64,000 nucleotides of DNA from Bacteroidia bacterium. GTDB taxonomy: Bacteria > Bacteroidota > Bacteroidia > J057 > JADKCL01. The first letter of the stretch is position 1. Each line of letters begins with the position of its first letter. Of the stretch, positions 58,256-64,000 are shown piece after piece. The position numbers were made by a program, and so were the translations under genes. The DNA lies in the NCBI GenBank assembly GCA_020635905.1, contig JACJYV010000006.1, positions 24,060 to 88,059 on the forward strand, given 5' to 3'. Under the pieces are notes generated by a model, which searched no databases, was not told the origin of the DNA, and saw only the letters and a program-made list of their open reading frames with translations.

Positions 58256-60403
58256 ATGTCTTCATTCCCTTTCAAAATCATGTTTTTCATCGCCTGTTTT
58301 CTGGTGGTCCGTCCCGTGATACAGGCCCAGAATGAGGAGGTGGATGCGCGAAATGGCTGGGGAATGGCGCCCTACGGGCATTTTCACGTACTGGTCATCT
58401 TTGCCGAAATTGATTTTGATTCCTCCTACGGCCACCTCAATCCTACCCCTAAAGGGGGCTCCAAAGACTGGAAAGAGGGCCAATTGCCCTGGTGGCGCAA
58501 TTCCCTGTTCGACAAAGACACGGACCGCGACGCCTTCAACGGATACATGACCCAGTATTTCATGGAGGCTTCTTTTGGCAAATTTCACGTTACAGGCGAT
58601 TACATAGATTCCCTGATCAGCATTCCCATCAGTTCCATTCGCAATCAGGCTGGGAAAGTAGTGACCCAGGAACCGTTTGGGAATAATTTTTACCGCAAAG
58701 CCGTGATCGAGCGGGTGAATCAGATTGGGTTGAAAACGGCCTATGGAAGCACAGAAGCAGATTTTGATCGCTGGACTCTTTCTGGCGCTGGCCTACCCAA
58801 AAAGGAAACTCCCAACGAAAACTGGGACATGGTAATGATCATCTGGCGCAATATTCACGTCAAAAATCTGGGCGACCAAAGTGGATTTGTGACCCCTGGA
58901 AATTTCGGCAAGATTCTGGGCCGCGATACGGACAGTTACAGCATGTTCAGAATGAGCTTTTTTGTACCCAAAACCATCATGCGCCACGAATTTTCGCACA
59001 TGTTGTATGGAGGAAACAACTTTCACACCGCGGCCGCAGGCGTGGGTGCACGCACCTTTCTGGCCCCTGCGGGAGGTTGGAGCAATATGAGCAACGCGGG
59101 CCGCTGTTCGCCCACCTGGAATGCCTGGGACCGGGAACGCATGGGTTGGAAAAACCCGGAAAAAGCCTATCTACTGAGTGCCATGTGCGAACTGGGCCGC
59201 GAGGAAGTGCCCACTTCCCTTGAGTACGGACAGGAATTTCCCTGTGGTCAGGGCAAATTTATCCTGCGGGATTTTGTGACCACGGGAGATGCAATCAAAA
59301 TCAAATTGCCTGTTTCAGAAGGCCAGAAACAGCAATATCTCTGGCTGGAAAATCACCAGCTTTTGCCCGGCAGAATCGACCATAATAAGGCGATGTCCAA
59401 AGGCATTTATGCCTTTATTTCTGTGGGCAAGGACGATCTGACGGGTTCTCAGGCCTATGGCGAAGCCAATAATTACACCTGGCCTTTGGTCGCAGAGGGA
59501 AATTTCGACTTTGGCTACCGCCCCTCAGACAAAACCCTGCTCATGGATGACGCAAACGCCAATAAATTCACGGGCATCAATTACCTGATCACCCACGCCG
59601 CCGACCTCAATAATGACGGGATTATTCAAACGGCTTCCATTGGTGAAAATGTTGAAAATTTTCGTCCTGAACGCCTGGAAATCAACGGAGTGGCACCACC
59701 TGAAGAATATTTTTCCTACCGTACCCTGCCCGAATTTGGCACCAGTAAAATGGCCTGGGGTTTGGGGAAATACAATAAGATTGGTCTGGACGAAAACCCC
59801 ACTGCCGTACCCGTGCTGACGCATTTTACCCCGGGAGATCAGCCCCAAAACACGGATATGCGCAGGATTTTGCTCAACGGCATTTCCGTCACGGTGACGC
59901 AGGAAGATTTCAACGGGGATGTACATGTGAAAATTCGCTGGGATGATTTTGATCTGAGCCATGATGCGCGGTGGTGCGGAAATATCCTGGCCCGCGAAGG
60001 GTTCAATCTGCGCAACGGGGCCAAAATCAGTCTGGAACAGGGCCTGACCCCGCAAAATCCACGGGCTGTGCAGGAAATTGAAGGAAAGAAAATCTTTGCT
60101 GAACCCACCGTGCTGGAAATCGGGTCGGGCGCCACAGTAGAAATGGCCTCCAACACGGAAATTTTGGTAAAAAAGGGCTCCACTCTGCTGATCAGGGCGG
60201 GTTCCAGTCTCAATATGGAGCGAAATGCAAAAATCACGGTGGAGGAAGGGGGATTTCTGTACGTTGAAAAGGGAGCATCCATTTCCCGCAAGGGTCCGCG
60301 TACAGGATTTATTTATGAAGATGCAAACGTGGGCCTTAACACGCTGATGGAAGCCAAATTAGGGCCAGTGCTGCCCATTGATGCTCCACCTTCGGGGCGA
60401 TAG
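58256..60403 (+). CDS. Secreted metalloprotease, M6/immune inhibitor A-like
   Basis: Signal peptide; VLVIFAEIDF; HEFSHMLYG; WDRERMGW; WLENHQ; beta-helix-like C-terminus. Confidence 0.7.
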   Translation: MSSFPFKIMFFIACFLVVRPVIQAQNEEVDARNGWGMAPYGHFHVLVIFAEIDFDSSYGHLNPTPKGGSKDWKEGQLPWWRNSLFDKDTDRDAFNGYMTQYFMEASFGKFHVTGDYIDSLISIPISSIRNQAGKVVTQEPFGNNFYRKAVIERVNQIGLKTAYGSTEADFDRWTLSGAGLPKKETPNENWDMVMIIWRNIHVKNLGDQSGFVTPGNFGKILGRDTDSYSMFRMSFFVPKTIMRHEFSHMLYGGNNFHTAAAGVGARTFLAPAGGWSNMSNAGRCSPTWNAWDRERMGWKNPEKAYLLSAMCELGREEVPTSLEYGQEFPCGQGKFILRDFVTTGDAIKIKLPVSEGQKQQYLWLENHQLLPGRIDHNKAMSKGIYAFISVGKDDLTGSQAYGEANNYTWPLVAEGNFDFGYRPSDKTLLMDDANANKFTGINYLITHAADLNNDGIIQTASIGENVENFRPERLEINGVAPPEEYFSYRTLPEFGTSKMAWGLGKYNKIGLDENPTAVPVLTHFTPGDQPQNTDMRRILLNGISVTVTQEDFNGDVHVKIRWDDFDLSHDARWCGNILAREGFNLRNGAKISLEQGLTPQNPRAVQEIEGKKIFAEPTVLEIGSGATVEMASNTEILVKKGSTLLIRAGSSLNMERNAKITVEEGGFLYVEKGASISRKGPRTGFIYEDANVGLNTLMEAKLGPVLPIDAPPSGR

Positions 60404-60484
60404 CAGATCACCCGTGGATTTCTCGTCCGTCAAAAGAAAAACTTTTTAGTATCTTGGCATCCAAATTCAACTTTTTACCCGCAA

Positions 60485-61099
60485 ATGCTGCATACGGATT
60501 CCCAAAAACCGAAAAATTGTTTAGCTGCCTTCGATTTTGACGGGACCATCACGACCAAGGATTCAGGGATTGAATTTATCCGTTTTACCCGGGGTACCTG
60601 GCGTCTTTTCTGGAGCGGAATTTTCCTCTCTCCCACCCTTCTCTTTTGGAAAATGGGCCTTTACCCACGGGAAATGGCCAAAGAGCGTTTTCTGAAATGG
60701 CATTTTGGGGGTAAGACGATCACGGAAATGAAGCAAAAAGGGCAAGCCTTTGCGAAGGAGGTCATTCCCAACATCCTGCGACCTCAAGCCATTGAACGCA
60801 TTGAATGGCACAAGGAGCAGGGCCACAAAATTGTGATTATCACCGCTTCCCTCGATTTTTGGGTCCGTCCCTGGGCCGAATCGCAGGGATTTTCCTGCAT
60901 AGCCACCGTGCCCAAAGTGGAGCAGGGCCGTTTTACCGGGCAATTGGGCTCGCCCAATTGCTATGGGCAGGAAAAGGTGGACCGCCTCAAAAATTCAGGC
61001 CTGCCCAAATGGGACTTCCTTTTTGCCTACGGCGATACCGCAGGCGACAAGGAATTGCTGGCCTTTGCAGATCAGTCTGAATTTAAGCCGTTTAGGTAG
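60485..61099 (+). CDS. HAD-IB family phosphatase
   Basis: AFDFDGTIT, ITASL, NCYGQEK and YGDTAGD motifs. Confidence 0.92.
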   Translation: MLHTDSQKPKNCLAAFDFDGTITTKDSGIEFIRFTRGTWRLFWSGIFLSPTLLFWKMGLYPREMAKERFLKWHFGGKTITEMKQKGQAFAKEVIPNILRPQAIERIEWHKEQGHKIVIITASLDFWVRPWAESQGFSCIATVPKVEQGRFTGQLGSPNCYGQEKVDRLKNSGLPKWDFLFAYGDTAGDKELLAFADQSEFKPFR

Positions 61100-61320
61100 G
61101 ACACCCTTCGTCCTTCTGATTTGAGGAATAAGAATTCTTCTCAGTATTGCCGGATAATTTATTTAAAACTCTTTCGTACTTTGGGAAATGAGTGCACCTG
61201 AAAAAAGATTAATTAAGGCCTGCTGAAAATTACATAAACATTTGACTGTTAGTTGCTTGTATTGATATTCCGGATCTTGAGTGCAAACTTTCCGTTGAAA
61301 TTAGGCCAAAATTCCTGCAC

Positions 61321-61536
61321 ATGATTCGGTACAATAGCCCCAGGTAACTGAAATTCGAGTTTTTCAAAACGCCATTTGACCGGGAGTTGGATATGAACAA
61401 CCGTTGGGTTCGGTTGGCAGCGGTCCAGCCCTGGGATGAGGTGGCCAGCATTTACTATCATTGCCTGATTAGTGGTCATTGAGCCCCGACCAAAGATGCA
61501 CGGCTGGTGATCATCAAGCATAAAATGAAGCTTAAA
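61321..61536 (+). pseudogene. IS5-family transposase 5' relic
   Basis: MIRYNSPR*LKFEFFKTPFDRELDMNNRWVRLAAVQPWDEVASIYYHCLISGH*APTKDARLVIIKHKMKL matches the N-terminus of Bacteroidota IS5 transposases; two in-frame stops; truncated. Confidence 0.85.
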
Positions 61537-61808
61537 TACTAAATTTGAAATTTATTTCTGTATGTAGAAAAGATATGACAAGAGTTTCGAGTGTTTGAGC
61601 GAGGCAATGAAGTCCAGCAGATCAAATACCTGGCTCAGAAATGTGCTGACGACGCTTTTCGCCTCCTCCCCTAAAGCCCGGCATTACGAAACGAAAGGAG
61701 TAGATTATTTCCCCCTGAAGTCTTCAACTATCCTTTAACCGCATTTTCACCCCGAAAATGGTTTTTTTGATTCAATAAAATTGAAGCTATAAAACCCTTT
61801 CAAAAGGA

Positions 61809-62795
61809 TCATTTGCAATCCCCATTTCGAATTATTGAAAGATTATTTGGAATTGGGAGATTATATTCTGGTTTTGGTCGCCCTTGTATGGATAAAGGGA
61901 GTTGCGAATTATAATTTTGAATTACTGATTGTAGCAATTCGTAAGTGATAAAAGATTTATTACGAATTAGGTGAGTTATGTGGCCAACCTCGGGATTTGA
62001 TTTGAATGCTTCAAAATCTGTTAAAATTTCCGGAAATTGGTGTTGTTTCCCATTAATTCGGTCAATCGTTTCTTTTGAATTAGTTGATGTGAGATGGCGA
62101 GAAACTGGGTCAAAATATTCAATATCATCTGGATTTCCATCTTCACCTAAATGGTCAATTTCTATTGGGAAAAGTGGAAATTCTGGTATTATCCACCATC
62201 CACTTACTGATTGTTTTAGGCTTTCTATAGTGAATGGTTTTTTTGAATAAAGAATTGCTCCTTGAATTAGCTTATATTCAGTTCCAAATTGGGAAATTCC
62301 ACATTGACGAAGGCCTATAAGATTTAGAATGGGGGAATCTTTCTGTCTGGAATAAAAAAACTGCCACTCGGGAGAATACTGGTTAACCTTTACATTTTGG
62401 CTATAAGCTTTGGTCTTCTCGTCAACAACATTAACTAATTCTTCCTCTTTAAGACAAGCATTCCATTCTCCCAATACGAGACTGGGCGATTTCCCTTGAT
62501 TTGTTGGCGGTAGGATGCCATTTGGAACAAATAAGAACTCAGAGCCAAAGGCTAATTCCTTGTTGAGATTAATTGGACGCCATGTAATTTCATATCCAAA
62601 TCGGTCCTGTGTTGGAAGGCTTATCTTTTGAGTTGAAGTTAAAAAGGACTTCTTAGCATTTAACCCCAAGTCGGGCAAGGGGCTAGCAGGTTGAAAATTG
62701 AGTCCCTGGTTGGCATCCAATGCCTTTGACAGGGATTCGTCCTCTCCTGCACCAACCCCAAGAGCCTTCGAGATATTTGATAAAAAATCAAACAT
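61809..62795 (-). CDS. Hypothetical protein, translationally coupled to the upstream Ser/Thr-rich gene
   Basis: 328-aa AT-rich ORF; start overlaps the upstream stop by 8 nt. Confidence 0.7.
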   Translation of the reverse strand: MFDFLSNISKALGVGAGEDESLSKALDANQGLNFQPASPLPDLGLNAKKSFLTSTQKISLPTQDRFGYEITWRPINLNKELAFGSEFLFVPNGILPPTNQGKSPSLVLGEWNACLKEEELVNVVDEKTKAYSQNVKVNQYSPEWQFFYSRQKDSPILNLIGLRQCGISQFGTEYKLIQGAILYSKKPFTIESLKQSVSGWWIIPEFPLFPIEIDHLGEDGNPDDIEYFDPVSRHLTSTNSKETIDRINGKQHQFPEILTDFEAFKSNPEVGHITHLIRNKSFITYELLQSVIQNYNSQLPLSIQGRPKPEYNLPIPNNLSIIRNGDCK

Positions 62796-64000
62796 TATTT
62801 GTTTCTGATTGCGCCTCTGTAGTTTGAGAAATTGCCGAATTTCCAGTCACAATAGGGGCCGCAGGAGGCCAAAATGCCTTCGCTGCAATCTTTGCCTTTG
62901 TTAGTTCAACTTCCTGCCGATTTTTTTCCGTTTCAATATTTCTCCGATCCTCCAGGTATTTTTCGGTCGCAGGCTGCCTTCCCACTTCAGATTCCATATA
63001 GTAAGCCCCGGCATTTACGGCCACCTCGTCTTCCTGCAAAAGCATCGTATCCTGAAATAAGAATGGGATTTTTTTGAGCTCATCCAAAGCAATTTTAAGC
63101 TTATCAATTTCCGATACCTTTGGCTGAAGGATGGTTTCAAAGGTCTCCCTCGATAGGTTTGTACCTTGCAAAACGCCTAATGCACCATTACCCGAAAGCA
63201 GTCCCGGCAGAAAGTTCCCATAATGCATCATTGCTTTTCTTGCTACGATCGCCGAAAGAATGGCCCAACGCGGAGATTGGTCTGAGTTTGGAAATATCTT
63301 TCCAATTTCTTCCAATTCAAATACCCGCATATCGGAAATACCAGTGCCAGCAACCATTTCAACCCCGGTGTCAACCACAATCTTTACATCTGCCAGATGC
63401 ATTTTAATCCCGTACAAATTTTGGATCTGAAAAAAATGGTAATTAACGCTGCGACCCATATTGGGGTTTTCAATGTGAATTGTCTCTTTATTGGAGGAGG
63501 TTTCCGAAAACTCCATATTACTCACGGTCGAAAACTCCAGTTTATTATTAGAAGATGTTTCACTGGCAACCTTTTTGATAGAATTCCGACTGTTTTTGAT
63601 GAGGGAATCCGAACTTTGGTTGCTAAGTTGGCGCCCTTCTTCTGAAAGGCTCAGCCCAAGGGCATTTTCCCCCGACTGGGTCCAGGTCGAAGTATCCGTC
63701 CCGCCCCGCTTATAGCCTCCATCCATGCCGGTTTTAAATATCCCAATGTCAAATTTGGTATCTGCATTGATATCATATTCGAAGGTCCGGGTGGTGGTAT
63801 TTGTGGTTGATGCAGAAGATTTTGACGAGGAATCCAATTGTGATTTAGATTTATTTTCCTGTTCACTGCTTTGCTTTGCCCCAAACGAAAACTCATTGGC
63901 CAGGTTTTCCTCAAAAGAGGAGGATTGCTTTGAACCTACCTCCTGGGAGCCGCTTTGAGACTGGGTCAATTTGCGTGAAATAGTGGTTTGTTTTTCAATC
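62788..64000 (-). CDS. Ser/Thr-rich uncharacterised protein, 5' end outside the window
   Basis: Frame is open to the window edge (IEKQTTISRK precedes the called TTG); long S/T/Q/E-rich segment, then IENPNMGRSVNYHFFQ and a C-terminal coiled coil. Confidence 0.75.
   Translation of the reverse strand, partial: IEKQTTISRKLTQSQSGSQEVGSKQSSSFEENLANEFSFGAKQSSEQENKSKSQLDSSSKSSASTTNTTTRTFEYDINADTKFDIGIFKTGMDGGYKRGGTDTSTWTQSGENALGLSLSEEGRQLSNQSSDSLIKNSRNSIKKVASETSSNNKLEFSTVSNMEFSETSSNKETIHIENPNMGRSVNYHFFQIQNLYGIKMHLADVKIVVDTGVEMVAGTGISDMRVFELEEIGKIFPNSDQSPRWAILSAIVARKAMMHYGNFLPGLLSGNGALGVLQGTNLSRETFETILQPKVSEIDKLKIALDELKKIPFLFQDTMLLQEDEVAVNAGAYYMESEVGRQPATEKYLEDRRNIETEKNRQEVELTKAKIAAKAFWPPAAPIVTGNSAISQTTEAQSETNNV

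Noticed and set aside
999-63958. Long antisense or overlapping ORFs in the track (e.g. 999-1961, 2271-3173, 15401-16537, 26187-27092, 39523-40701, 54799-55689)
   Set aside because: They overlap well-supported genes and have no recognisable motifs; treated as shadow ORFs

Overview
This is a 64-kb chromosomal window from a Bacteroidota-like genome, judged from TAnnTTTG promoter boxes, T9SS-type C-terminal domains and Bacteroidota-style carB/NdpA/Prc genes. Most of it is housekeeping, lipid-metabolism, envelope and secreted-protease genes. The main accessory region (13.8-25.3 kb) looks like a polymorphic-toxin locus. It starts with a 1530-aa DUF4157 ('eCIS core', HELTH) protein with acidic 11-aa tandem repeats and an AT-rich, apparently swapped C-terminal tip. 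An AT-rich array follows: a cognate immunity gene, orphan toxin-tip fragments and immunity-like genes (one a distant paralogue of the cognate gene). The array is interrupted by an intact IS66 (8-bp TSD, passenger ORF), and its distal cassettes sit between two copies of a 60-bp direct repeat, the second just upstream of carB. Other notable items: three arrays of palindromic boxes upstream of and overlapping the start of an AAA_14/DUF4143 ATPase; a lva/ACAD10-like catabolic operon with two AT-rich ABC-ATPase (AAA_21) putative defence modules spliced into it; a small-antitoxin/GNAT-toxin pair whose toxin is frameshifted; a DprE2-like SDR + HAD phosphatase + four GT-C glycosyltransferases (one AftB-like); an IS5 relic; and a truncated Ser/Thr-rich protein at the right edge. 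No tRNA, rRNA or CRISPR array was found. All family assignments come from motif recognition by eye; no database searches were run.
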